Shown: positions 1 through 9,900 of the stretch, one piece after another
How positions within the stretch are numbered: position 1 is the stretch's first letter
How the letters are laid out: each line of letters starts with the position of its first letter
Source of the DNA: a virus
Virus record (IMG/VR): IMGVR_UViG_3300029952_000010
Location: 4,368-68,367 of that record
Reading direction: 5' to 3' (one strand)
DNA: 64,000 nt
Program-made: the position numbers and the translations under genes
The notes under the pieces: generated by a model
What the model was told of the DNA's origin: nothing
The model's database searches: none
Seen by the model: the letters and a program-made list of their open reading frames with translations, nothing else

Positions 1-255
1 AGATTAACATGGCAACAATTAAAGGAGTTTTGCAATAAAATTCCTGAACAGTTTTTAACTAATGAAGTTAGTGTTATAGGCGAAGAACGAGGATTTGATA
101 TTGAAATAGCAGAAACTCTTGAAGAAGATTATTATCAAGATGATTATGCATTTCAACCAGTAAGTGTCTTTGATGACACAGATGGAGAAGTATTTGAAGA
201 TATGGGATACGATATAACACCAAAAGGATCACCATTTTTATACATAGATTTATAA
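1..255 (+). CDS. 3' part of acidic hypothetical protein (5' truncated)
   Basis: Frame 1 open from base 1 (RLTWQQLKEFCNK...PFLYIDL) to TAA 253-255; D/E rich; not in ORF track. Confidence 0.7.
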   Translation, partial: RLTWQQLKEFCNKIPEQFLTNEVSVIGEERGFDIEIAETLEEDYYQDDYAFQPVSVFDDTDGEVFEDMGYDITPKGSPFLYIDL

Positions 256-292
256 TTAAACCCGCCGCAAACGGTTATTTGCACAAAACAAA

Positions 293-760
293 ATGAGTAT
301 AATTACTAGTATTGAAACTTTCGTTTCAACCGAAATCAAAAAAATCACAGGTGCAGCCCCTAAAATCGAAGCAGATTTAGAAGCAGCAGCCACATTTGGC
401 GTAAATGCCGTTAATTCATTAAAGGCTTATATTGCCACGCCACAAGGGACGGGATTAGAAGCGGTAATTGAAGCTATACCTGGAATAGGCACGTATGCCG
501 CCGATGTAATCAACTTTCTGCCGCAATTGGTAGTAGATTTAGGATGGGCTAAAAACGAGTTTACTAAATCACCCGCAGATGTATTAACAGATGGGCTAAC
601 TGTTGCTATTAATGCCGCAACCCCAAACGTTAAGGCTACTAATTTAGCTACATTGGCAGCGCATATAGGAACGGTGATTAATCCATCGGCAACAGTTCAA
701 ACATTGCTTAGTGTTATCCCGGCTGCTTATGTTGCACCTGCCACGGTGACGGCGAACTGA
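293..760 (+). CDS. Ala/Thr-rich hypothetical protein
   Basis: 155-aa ORF with A-rich leader; no recognised motif. Confidence 0.75.
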   Translation: MSIITSIETFVSTEIKKITGAAPKIEADLEAAATFGVNAVNSLKAYIATPQGTGLEAVIEAIPGIGTYAADVINFLPQLVVDLGWAKNEFTKSPADVLTDGLTVAINAATPNVKATNLATLAAHIGTVINPSATVQTLLSVIPAAYVAPATVTAN

Positions 761-968
761 ATAACAAAGATTATAGAGTGGGTCACAACCATCAAAAGCA
801 CAATTAAATCCGTATTAAAAAACGGGCGTACATAAACGGTACACGTGCCATGGGCCTTTCAGCGTTGGGTCTTACTTACACCCCCGCAAGCGACCATACA
901 GTAACTAATCAGCATATTGTACGTGGCGGGATGCCTCACATCTAACCGGTGTGAGGTTTTGGTGGTAT

Positions 969-1613
969 ATGAAAAGACTATTTATCGACTTGTTCTGCGG
1001 GTCATCCTCATTTAAAGCAGAAGCAGAATCCCACGGATTTGAGTATTTTGGAGTTGATTGGGAAAAATATGAGCACGTCTCACTTCAAAAAGATATTGGC
1101 GAATTAAAGTTAACAGATTTACCGCCTTTTAGTCAATATGATAAAATACACATACATGCTTCCCCTGATTGTAAAACCTACACAATTGCTGCAATTAGTC
1201 ATCATAGGGACGGAGTAAAACCAAAAAGTGAATATGCCATTAAATGTGATAAGGTAAATTCATACATTTTTGCTGATTTTTTCAGGGTAGTTAACTCGTT
1301 GTACGGAAATAAAACATCCTGGAGTGTCGAAAACCCCCGTGGGATGCTTCGTAAAATGTCGTTTATGTCTTTTTTAAAAATGGATACCGTTTGGTATTGC
1401 CAGTATGGAGATGACAGGGCGAAACCAACAGATATATGGACATTTAATCTTAATTGGACCCCAAAACCGTGCTGTCATAATGGTAACAAGAATTGTCATC
1501 ATCAATCTGCACCACGAGGTAGCAAAACAGGGACTCAAGGTAGGAAAGGTAGTTACGAACGTAGTAAAATACCGAACGAGTTGTGTAAAGAAATCGTATT
1601 AAGTATTGGATAA
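969..1613 (+). CDS. Short C5-cytosine DNA methyltransferase-like protein
   Basis: DLFCGS (motif I), ASPDC (motif IV), VENP (motif VI), C-terminal RSKIPNELC; ATG 969 preferred over GTG 951. Confidence 0.75.
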   Translation: MKRLFIDLFCGSSSFKAEAESHGFEYFGVDWEKYEHVSLQKDIGELKLTDLPPFSQYDKIHIHASPDCKTYTIAAISHHRDGVKPKSEYAIKCDKVNSYIFADFFRVVNSLYGNKTSWSVENPRGMLRKMSFMSFLKMDTVWYCQYGDDRAKPTDIWTFNLNWTPKPCCHNGNKNCHHQSAPRGSKTGTQGRKGSYERSKIPNELCKEIVLSIG

Positions 1614-1620
1614 TCTTTTC

Positions 1621-1650
1621 AATCCGACCCTAAAAAGTCGGATTTTTTAT
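1621..1650. terminator. Intrinsic terminator between convergent genes
   Basis: AATCCGAC-cctaaaaa-GTCGGATT followed by T run. Confidence 0.7.
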
Positions 1651-1940
1651 GAAGTGGCGGGATCTTTAGTAACGGTAACGTTGGTAGTATCAGCGTTAGT
1701 GGAAACAGTAGGTGTATTAGCCCCTACAATCAACGCATCATCTTTCTTTGAACTACTCGAACTCGATCCGAAAAAATATCCGAGGACTGTACCTAACGAT
1801 CCTACAATGGCTATTAATATTTGAGGGTCGGGTTTAATATCTCTTATGCTGCACATATAGAAATAAGAAATTCCTAAAATGGTAACAATTACCGCTAACA
1901 GCGATTTAATGTTATCAGATAACCATGATGTTTGTCTCAT
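1647..1940 (-). CDS. Holin-like two-TM protein
   Basis: Two hydrophobic helices then GYFFGSSSSSSKKD, a motif of phage holin-like proteins; near endolysin; TATATTTG promoter at 1979-1986. Confidence 0.6.
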   Translation of the reverse strand: MRQTSWLSDNIKSLLAVIVTILGISYFYMCSIRDIKPDPQILIAIVGSLGTVLGYFFGSSSSSSKKDDALIVGANTPTVSTNADTTNVTVTKDPATS

Positions 1941-2057
1941 TTCTTTTCGGGTAAATCGATTACTATTATATCCATACCCAAATATACAATTATTATTAAA
2001 TAAAAAAGCCACTACATAAATGCAATGGCTAATAACCGCATAGAAAACACGACTTGA

Positions 2058-2498
2058 CTATATGGCTAATGACTGTGTTGTAATTGCTTTTAATATATTT
2101 ACATCCCATAATCGCCTTACACCGTTTCCTCGCATGGCAACGGTTATATTTTCCTTTCTTAATCGTTGAATCATCCCGTCAACGGCGTTTGGTGTTCTAA
2201 GTAATTCAATAGCTATTTGTTCTGATGTTGCCCTTTCGTTTCGCCTCCTGATTAAATATTCAACATCCGATTGTGTCCAACTATGGTTGCTTTTACCAGG
2301 TTCGTGCCCTTTTGATCTTTTTGCTAATGGTATACCGTTAGCCCTAAGTCTTTGAACTTGTTTAAGAATAGAAACGTTAGTTGATTTTAATTCTGCGGCT
2401 ATATCTGAAACCATTTCATCATTAGCCCACATTTTCATAAGTGTAACAAGTTCGTCGTTTGTCCACCTATGCCCTTTGTAGTGCATTGTTTTTTTCAT
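2058..2498 (-). CDS. Tandem Myb/GcrA-like HTH protein
   Basis: Two repeats WT..E/D..L....IA.EL......V....RLR. Confidence 0.65.
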   Translation of the reverse strand: MKKTMHYKGHRWTNDELVTLMKMWANDEMVSDIAAELKSTNVSILKQVQRLRANGIPLAKRSKGHEPGKSNHSWTQSDVEYLIRRRNERATSEQIAIELLRTPNAVDGMIQRLRKENITVAMRGNGVRRLWDVNILKAITTQSLAI

Positions 2499-2636
2499 TT
2501 TATCGTGCTTTACTCGGCTGAATTACCGATATACAAACCTAACTATTTTCCGGCAAATAAACAAAACAAAAAAGCCATGCGTCTCGTCCCACATGGCTAA
2601 AGATAATCAACGGTCATATCTTAAAAAGTACGGGGA

Positions 2637-2867
2637 TTATTCCGGTATATATCTCAAAGTAGCAAGCACATCTTCAGTAACCTCACCCTGCAACCTAATC
2701 TCATCGGGCCAGAATATGCAAGCACCACTATCCACCGACCAATGCAGCTTAGTACTTTCACCTTTAACAAAGTTATAACCCATTGCAACATCTTGCGTGA
2801 ACAGTATTCTCCCACCTCGCAAGTCTGCTATTTGGTGCGAGTTGTTGGATTGATCGAGGATTGTCAT
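2637..2867 (-). CDS. Hypothetical protein
   Basis: ATGA-coupled to endolysin; terminator-like hairpin follows (~2569-2600). Confidence 0.65.
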   Translation of the reverse strand: MTILDQSNNSHQIADLRGGRILFTQDVAMGYNFVKGESTKLHWSVDSGACIFWPDEIRLQGEVTEDVLATLRYIPE

Positions 2868-3397
2868 GCAAGTATCCCCGCTAATATGTGATTGTAATAA
2901 CCAGCTATTAATTCAGCACAATCTATACCGTTTATAATACGCCTTGCATTAACAGGGTCGTTAGATGTTCCGGTAAAATAGTTGTTAAGGCTTTTGCCTG
3001 TAAATAAACCACCTTTCATGCCTATAACAATAATGGCAGCAGCATAATCAGTTTGTAAAGCTAAAGCAGGATTGTTAATTAAATCAACGCCTAATAACTT
3101 GCTAAACTCTTCGTAATTACCCTTCCAAGTAAGTTGAACAAAACCACGACCATAGTACGTTTGATGCGTAATAGGGTCAGGAACGCCATAGCTATGCCCT
3201 TTGCCTAATCCAATTTCACTAATCGACTTAAGTCTACTCTCATGGTAACAAGTGGCTAAGACGTAAGCTATTTGGTGTATATCCGTAACGGCATGTTTGA
3301 TACATTCTTCAAGTATAGCATTTACGCTGTCAACTTGTTGTTGACTTAGCGTTCCTGCCATTTGGCGTAGGGTGGTGAATAGTGCGGTGATGTTCAT
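2864..3397 (-). CDS. Endolysin, glycoside hydrolase family 19-like
   Basis: AYVLATCYHES, YYGRGFVQLTW..NY, ARRIING. Confidence 0.85.
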   Translation of the reverse strand: MNITALFTTLRQMAGTLSQQQVDSVNAILEECIKHAVTDIHQIAYVLATCYHESRLKSISEIGLGKGHSYGVPDPITHQTYYGRGFVQLTWKGNYEEFSKLLGVDLINNPALALQTDYAAAIIVIGMKGGLFTGKSLNNYFTGTSNDPVNARRIINGIDCAELIAGYYNHILAGILA

Positions 3398-3517
3398 TTA
3401 CACAAATATAACTTTTCTTTGCGAGTTTTGGAAAAGTTGTGTAAAAAGTTGCAAGTGTCAAAAATAGTTCATTACTTAGCGGTGTAGATAATAGTTTCTA
3501 CATAAAAGTTTTGCAAC

Positions 3518-4675
3518 ATGAATTATTTAAAAATCTCCAACAAGGGCTTAATCTGCCCTGAAGACTTGATGCTCATAGGCTCAAGCACAAAACGTGAACA
3601 ATCAGACAAAATTGGAATGTTTGGTAGTGGGTGGAAATACTCATTGGCATGGTTGCTTCGTAATGATTGTAAGCCAATTATTTTTAGTGGTAAAAATCAA
3701 ATTGAAGTTGATTTTGCCGTTAAGATGCACCGAACAAATGCAGTTAATATAATTACTGTGGATGGTAAAGAAACATCTTTAACTACTGAAATGGGGCCAA
3801 AATGGACAGGATGGATGGCTATTAGGGAGGTATTGTCAAATGCAATAGATGAGGGGGATCACTCCATAACAACAGCGTGGATGCCTGAATTTAAAGGATT
3901 TGAAGATACTACTACTATTTATATACCCATGAGTAGTGAGTTATCGGATGTGATGTTAAAATTTGATAGTTATTTTTCTTTTTACCGAAAAGAAAGCTAT
4001 TCAAATGAAGATTGCAGAATGTTTGTTAAAACTGAAAAAAGCAATCTTAATATTTACCGAAAGGGTATTCGCTGTTTTGATACGAATACTCGCTCGTTAA
4101 TTGATTTTGATTTTAACGATATTCATATAAGCGAAGATAGGCTTACTTCTGATACTTATATCGACAAAGCTATTTGCGATATGATTAAAAAGGGATTGCC
4201 AAGTAATATACTTAAATTAATCATACTTGAGGAAAAGCATTCATGGTTGCCCGTTACATTAACAGACCCACTATTGCAAAACCTAATTGAATTAGCGCAA
4301 TCAGGAGAAAACTTTACAACAGAAACATTGCAAAGATTAGGCGGAATTTTGTTTTCAATGCCTAATTCATTGGTAGTTCCTGCGTCATGGTTTGAAAAAC
4401 TTGAAAGTTTAGGGTTGGTAAAATCACCATTTGAAAAATTAGGTACAAGTCATAAATTTATACGCACCGACTTAAAAGACCTAAAAGGTATTGAGTATTA
4501 TTTGAAGGGTATGGGGTTTTCGTTTAATTTAACATCCGGTAAAAGCGAAACGGACATTTTTTATAATAACGGTAACGTTTACGTAAAAGATGACACCACC
4601 TATGATGATAAAATGCTAATAGGTAAAATGTTCTATGGTATGAGTGTTGATGAAATAGCGTCTATTATAATATAA
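3518..4675 (+). CDS. GHKL-type ATPase domain protein (permuted motif order)
   Basis: ISNKG, IGMFGSG, then AIREVLSNAIDEG. Confidence 0.7.
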   Translation: MNYLKISNKGLICPEDLMLIGSSTKREQSDKIGMFGSGWKYSLAWLLRNDCKPIIFSGKNQIEVDFAVKMHRTNAVNIITVDGKETSLTTEMGPKWTGWMAIREVLSNAIDEGDHSITTAWMPEFKGFEDTTTIYIPMSSELSDVMLKFDSYFSFYRKESYSNEDCRMFVKTEKSNLNIYRKGIRCFDTNTRSLIDFDFNDIHISEDRLTSDTYIDKAICDMIKKGLPSNILKLIILEEKHSWLPVTLTDPLLQNLIELAQSGENFTTETLQRLGGILFSMPNSLVVPASWFEKLESLGLVKSPFEKLGTSHKFIRTDLKDLKGIEYYLKGMGFSFNLTSGKSETDIFYNNGNVYVKDDTTYDDKMLIGKMFYGMSVDEIASIII

Positions 4676-4732
4676 CATCCCGTAGTTCCGCAAAACTCTG
4701 CGGAGTTGTTACAGCCCTGTACCCTAAAAAGG

Positions 4733-4804
4733 TCAGGGTTTTGTTTTTACCATGAAAGCCATGATTAATAGGATTATGACGGCGGAGATTAGCCAGTAGA
4801 TCAT
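4733..4804 (-). CDS. 23-aa single-TM microprotein
   Basis: MIYWLISAVIILLIMAFMVKTKP; ATGA overlap with nuclease stop. Confidence 0.5.
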   Translation of the reverse strand: MIYWLISAVIILLIMAFMVKTKP

Positions 4805-5472
4805 TTACCAATAACCTTAACAGGATCAAATCCCAACCTACTCACCAGCGTACTATAAGCAATATGGCACTTACCCAACGTATGAAATCCAACATCGCCA
4901 GTTAATGACATCCAGTACACATAAGTCTTCCCGTCGCTAATTAATACAGACCAATACACGGCGGGTTTATTAATACCTTTCATGTCTCCTAGCGTACCAA
5001 ATGTGCCGCCATACACTTTGCAATAAATATGTTGTGTAGCTAATAATCGGGCAGTATCTTCTTTAGCCAGTTCTGTGCCGATGTTCTGCGATTGAGGCTC
5101 AGGAGCAAGGTTTCTATTTTCATCCATAGAAGCCGTTGCGGTCGCCTGTGACCATGCTAAATCCTCAAAGGGTATAACGTGACCACGGCTGTCACCACTA
5201 CCCGAATATAACACGTCGATTGAATGGGGAAAGAATGGTATGTGTGCCCTGTCTATCTTTAGCTGATGTACGATAATTAAATGTGAATTGGTAAGCAATT
5301 CATAATTACAAATCGGATTATGCGTTTTAGGGTTGAATATGCTGATATACCCACCTGTTGTGTCGGTTATGCAGTTGGGTAATGTTTGCCCCTCGCTATT
5401 CACATAAAACCCAATGCAAATAATTATCGCAAGGAATATCACCCTGCAAATGTACTGTAATGATTTTTTCAT
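4801..5472 (-). CDS. Secreted/membrane-anchored non-specific endonuclease (NucA/EndA-like)
   Basis: N-terminal hydrophobic segment; YSGSGDSRGHVIP (DRGH-type) and NLAPEPQSQN. Confidence 0.7.
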   Translation of the reverse strand: MKKSLQYICRVIFLAIIICIGFYVNSEGQTLPNCITDTTGGYISIFNPKTHNPICNYELLTNSHLIIVHQLKIDRAHIPFFPHSIDVLYSGSGDSRGHVIPFEDLAWSQATATASMDENRNLAPEPQSQNIGTELAKEDTARLLATQHIYCKVYGGTFGTLGDMKGINKPAVYWSVLISDGKTYVYWMSLTGDVGFHTLGKCHIAYSTLVSRLGFDPVKVIGK

Positions 5473-5762
5473 GGTAATTTAATTTTGTATTTGGTTTCTA
5501 AATATTTACGCCTATCTGAAAATTGAATGCTATCCAAGACAGATTGTTCTCTACTAGTAATTTTATCTAGTTTGCTTTGGTATAATTTAACCTTTTCATT
5601 ATACGGCCCAGCTTTCATATCTGCAAAAGAGGATCCCCAATATTCATCATAAATAAAATTGGATATATCTTGATATTTAGTGACACTATCCTGTAATTGA
5701 ACCTTAGTTTGAGCCTGGCAAATGAAAGGAATGAATAGAAGTATAGTGATAAGTTTTTTCAT
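5469..5762 (-). CDS. Secreted hypothetical protein
   Basis: MKKLITILLFIPFICQAQ signal peptide; ATG 5762 preferred over TTG 5834. Confidence 0.65.
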   Translation of the reverse strand: MKKLITILLFIPFICQAQTKVQLQDSVTKYQDISNFIYDEYWGSSFADMKAGPYNEKVKLYQSKLDKITSREQSVLDSIQFSDRRKYLETKYKIKLP

Positions 5763-5854
5763 GTTAAAAGTATAATCAACCAATAAATAAACGAAAATAC
5801 TAATGTTCCCGATATTAAAAATATTGCTGCCCAAGTAACCTGTTTAACTTTCAT
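5759..5854 (-). CDS. 31-aa single-TM microprotein
   Basis: MKVKQVTWAAIFLISGTLVFSFIYWLIILLT; ATGA overlaps at both ends. Confidence 0.55.
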   Translation of the reverse strand: MKVKQVTWAAIFLISGTLVFSFIYWLIILLT

Positions 5855-5934
5855 ATGCAATGTAATTCAATGATTAAAAGTATTAAGAATACTAATGCTA
5901 TTATAGATATACCATATTTTTGCAAGAGGTTCAT
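5851..5934 (-). CDS. 27-aa single-TM microprotein
   Basis: MNLLQKYGISIIALVFLILLIIELHCI; ATGA overlaps at both ends. Confidence 0.55.
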   Translation of the reverse strand: MNLLQKYGISIIALVFLILLIIELHCI

Positions 5935-6287
5935 TTAACAGCGATTAAAGCTAAGCCATGAGATGTATGCCTTTCCGTAATAAAACCACTAACTGATTTA
6001 TGTTTCAATTCGTTTAGTTCCATTTTGTAATCCATTTGCATTTTATATTCACGAAATTCAATTTGCAATGTATCAAGTTTAGATGCCGTGCTATTTTGTT
6101 GACCCTGCATTTCTTTTAGGGTATTCTTTGTTTCAACCTGAAATACCTTTGCTTGTTCCTGGTTTGTTTGAAGTTCAAGAAAATTAGAATCAATTACGTG
6201 TCCAAAATATATAACACTGCCTATCATGCCTATAATAGGCACTATATTGGCTTTTAAATGTTCACTCCACGGCTTTGTTAAACTCAT
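5931..6287 (-). CDS. TM + coiled-coil protein (lysis-associated?)
   Basis: One N-terminal TM then heptad-like Q/E/K-rich region. Confidence 0.65.
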   Translation of the reverse strand: MSLTKPWSEHLKANIVPIIGMIGSVIYFGHVIDSNFLELQTNQEQAKVFQVETKNTLKEMQGQQNSTASKLDTLQIEFREYKMQMDYKMELNELKHKSVSGFITERHTSHGLALIAVK

Positions 6288-6505
6288 TGCAAATCTTCTA
6301 TAATTTTATTTTGTCGTTCTAGCTGTCTTTGCTGGCCTTCTATTATTAGATCCTTTTCAGCAATAATAGCTTCATAGTTTATTTGTTCTTCTTTTCGGCT
6401 TATCATTTTAAAATACGTCCATATCTGCAATATACCAAATACAACAATTATGCCCCAAATGATATTCCCGGCATAGCTATCTGAATTTGATTTTTCGGGT
6501 GACAT
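6284..6505 (-). CDS. TM + coiled-coil protein (holin/antiholin-like?)
   Basis: One TM then charged coiled coil. Confidence 0.6.
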   Translation of the reverse strand: MSPEKSNSDSYAGNIIWGIIVVFGILQIWTYFKMISRKEEQINYEAIIAEKDLIIEGQQRQLERQNKIIEDLQ

Positions 6506-6842
6506 TGATATAGGTATAAAATATTATGGTAATTACCGAAAACCAAATTACAAAATTATTATGATAAGATACCCACTTTGGTGAAGCAAATAAACAAGCG
6601 ATATAATATATATGTAAAACAACAAATGTATAAATAAAATAGTTTATAAATTGTCGCTCATGCCATGATAGCTTTATGCTGCTTGTTTGCTTCCATTCAG
6701 ACAGCAGTGTAAATATAAACAAAACGGGCGTAATCTGAAACAACACACTCCATATAGGGGTCCATGATCCCCATTGCATTTGAATAGCCATGCACAACGG
6801 GTACAAATGTGTTATTAAAAATAAACGCCCGTTCCTACTCAT
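6477..6842 (-). CDS. Multi-pass membrane protein
   Basis: 3-4 aromatic-rich hydrophobic segments. Confidence 0.65.
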   Translation of the reverse strand: MSRNGRLFLITHLYPLCMAIQMQWGSWTPIWSVLFQITPVLFIFTLLSEWKQTSSIKLSWHERQFINYFIYTFVVLHIYYIACLFASPKWVSYHNNFVIWFSVITIIFYTYINVTRKIKFR

Positions 6843-6925
6843 GGATGCGGTTGTGTTGGGTTTGGTGGTATTCCAGGCTCGCTTTCTTCCACTTCTTCGA
6901 TTTGTTCGTCTTCTGGTTCTATCAT
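6839..6925 (-). CDS. 28-aa acidic/Pro-rich micropeptide
   Basis: MIEPEDEQIEEVEESEPGIPPNPTQPHP; A-rich leader; stop overlaps next ATG. Confidence 0.6.
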   Translation of the reverse strand: MIEPEDEQIEEVEESEPGIPPNPTQPHP

Positions 6926-6949
6926 GATTTTTTAATTAATGATTCTTAA

Positions 6950-9900
6950 TTAATACCAACTTGAAGTCGAACTGTCAAATACTAAAATAGTCAATCCTCC
7001 TGCTGTTGGTGCCGTTATGCCATCCACTACAGTGCCATTTGCATAGGTAACCGTGCTAATGGTTTGAGTAAATTTAATTCTTACTTCATCCTTATCAACT
7101 GGAGATGATGGCAGATTAATGGTTAATGCTAATAATGCTCCTGATGGATTTATAATATTATATTGGTTATTAACCAGTGTGACTGTTGACCCTGTTGTGG
7201 GTGTAAAAATAGTGTGCGATTTGTTTGGAATAGTCGGTATAGCCCAATTACCCGAACCATTAGTACCTGTGGCTGTCCATACATTGCCTACTGTTGAGGT
7301 TGTATTTAATAATGGGCTATTAAGTTGCGGGGATGTTAATGTTTTATTAATTAGTGTTTCCGATCCTGTCAGGGTGGCCAAATAAGCTCCAGCGTAACTT
7401 TGATTAATCGGTGAACTTCCAACCATTGAATACGGAGCAGTTACTACAGATGTATTGCTAATTTTAGCAGGTAACATTGCAGACATTAAAGATTTTACAA
7501 ATTCATTAGCTATTACACCACCCATATATGCCGGTTGTGGATGTATATTATCTCTCAATTGCTGATTTGTAGCTGATATTTCTCCAATGGCTGAATTAAC
7601 ATCGGCCATGTAACATCCCCCCTGTTCGGCGGCAACTCTAATTATAGCTGATCTGTAATTGCCCCCCAATTGATAATTTGCAGTAGCATAACCATAACCC
7701 GTCAACGATTGTGAAATAAATGTAGGCGGTATGGCAATAATTGGAATACATCCAGCTGCTTTAATATAAGTTATGATATTGGCAATAGTAGTTTTAAACG
7801 ATGACATACTCGTTTGTGCTTGTATATCATTAGTTCCAACCATAACTCCTACATATGATCCGGGTGTTAGCGTTATTCCCTGCATCACAGTATATTCTTG
7901 GGCTGCTGTATAGCCTGAATTACCATAGTTATATACAGTACATTTTCCTATTCCCCGTTTTCCCTCGACTATCCATTTTAATGTATTAGGCCATGATAGA
8001 TCAGAGCCTTCGCCAGATGTTATACTGTCTCCAAATGCATAAAAAATAATATCATTACCTGAATATGCTGTTTGCGAGAATCCTGAAACGAAATCATAAG
8101 CATAAACAGCTCCTGAACTTGTTGCCGATGTATCATACCACCCGACGCCTACATATGCCATCGGAGACGGTTCTGAATATTTTGAGACAAATACTCCGTT
8201 TACATAAAATTCAATATTATTTGCACTTATAATTCTGTAAGATACAATGGTTGTTGCCGATGATGATATTCCATATGCAGCCGTTGGCAATAACACTCCA
8301 GTTGATTCCGAATAAGAAGTCCCATTAAATTGGCCTAAATACCATTTATTATTAGCATCAATTGAAAAATATGTATATAATCCGCCTCCAATATCTACCA
8401 ATACTCCAAATCTTGTTCCACTGTTTGTACTAGGTGATGTAGAGCACGTATACATATTACCTATTATGGGGACACCCCCAACAACATCTATTGCATTAGC
8501 ATTAGTTATTGAACTTGTGGCCCATGTAACTTGATTGCTTGCTGTTAAGGTACTTTGTCCTGAAATAAATCCAGATGTTCCAGTATTATATTGCCTTTGG
8601 GAGAACAAGGTGGCATTAACAACCTGAGGTTGCTGTATATTATCTTGCTCGTATACATTATCAGTTGCTTTAGATACCCAATCAGGCATATTATTTGCTT
8701 GTTCTAAAGCCGTGTTATTTCTATCTGAACTAAATATTTTTAAAGGGGTTGTAAGGGTTGAATTTGAAAAAGTAACTCCATTTGTTGATGGTGTTGTTAA
8801 AATAACATTAGCATCAGCTGATATAATATTGCCTGATATTGTTGGCGCTGTAGCAAAATTATAATTGGCGTTTCCTGCTGAATTTTGAGGAAAATATATA
8901 GGTTTACCCGATGCGATTGTATTGGCCGTATTGAATGAAGCATAATTATCTGTTGATCCATCGGATACGCCGCCAATCCCGGGCAATGTTATAGGAATGA
9001 ATGATAACGAATTCCCAATTGAAACGTTATTAAACGTTGTTGCAGTACTATTGTAAAATAGTAAATCATTGTTTGCAAACGAAGCAGGTACAACATCTAT
9101 AGTTGCCTGCACATTAGAAGCAACATTCCCAGATGATACGCCCGCTAATTTATAATACACCAATCCAGTATTAGTAGTTGTAAATTGATGGATTAGAGTA
9201 AAGGTAGTACCACCATCAATAGACTTCTCGGCATAAACAATTCCAGTAGAGCCGTCTCTTCGCAATCTTATAATATCGCCAACAACAACAGATATTCCGC
9301 TACTTGTTCCAACTCCTGAATTTTCAGCATAGTAATATGTTGAACCATCCGCATATAGCTGATAATACCACGGGGAATTAAAATTATTGAATGTATTGTT
9401 TACATCAATCCCTAAAACTGCTAATTGATTTGCAGAAGATGCATATGTAGTTCTTATTTCTCCTGAAATGGTACTACCAAGTGAGCCATTCATTAATACA
9501 TACGCCGTACCGGATGTCGCTGTATAATTACCGCTTGAATAAGTAAAACCAGTACTTTGATTTGGCGTAGCCGTTGTTAATGCATACGATCCAGAGGGAG
9601 TTGGGTATGATTTATCAATTAATGCGTAATTTAAATTAGAAACATTTGAACCATCTCCGGCTAATGTTTCATCCGTTGTTCCGCTTGGCGTAAATCCGCC
9701 GCTAATTACAATATTACCAGACCCGATCAAAGATTGACTATTAACTGTTTTAATATTTGTGCCACTTACCAATATCGGCTGATATCCACCAGTCAATTGC
9801 TCCAATGTAACCAACTGGGTTGGCAGAACTGCATCAACTCCATATACAGGCATATAAAATGTAGGTAGTCCACTCCCGGGGGCAGAATCAAAAGCAGTTC

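Noticed and set aside
758-835. TGA readthrough adding an amphipathic 24-aa tail
   Set aside because: A short open stretch is expected by chance; no recoding signal seen
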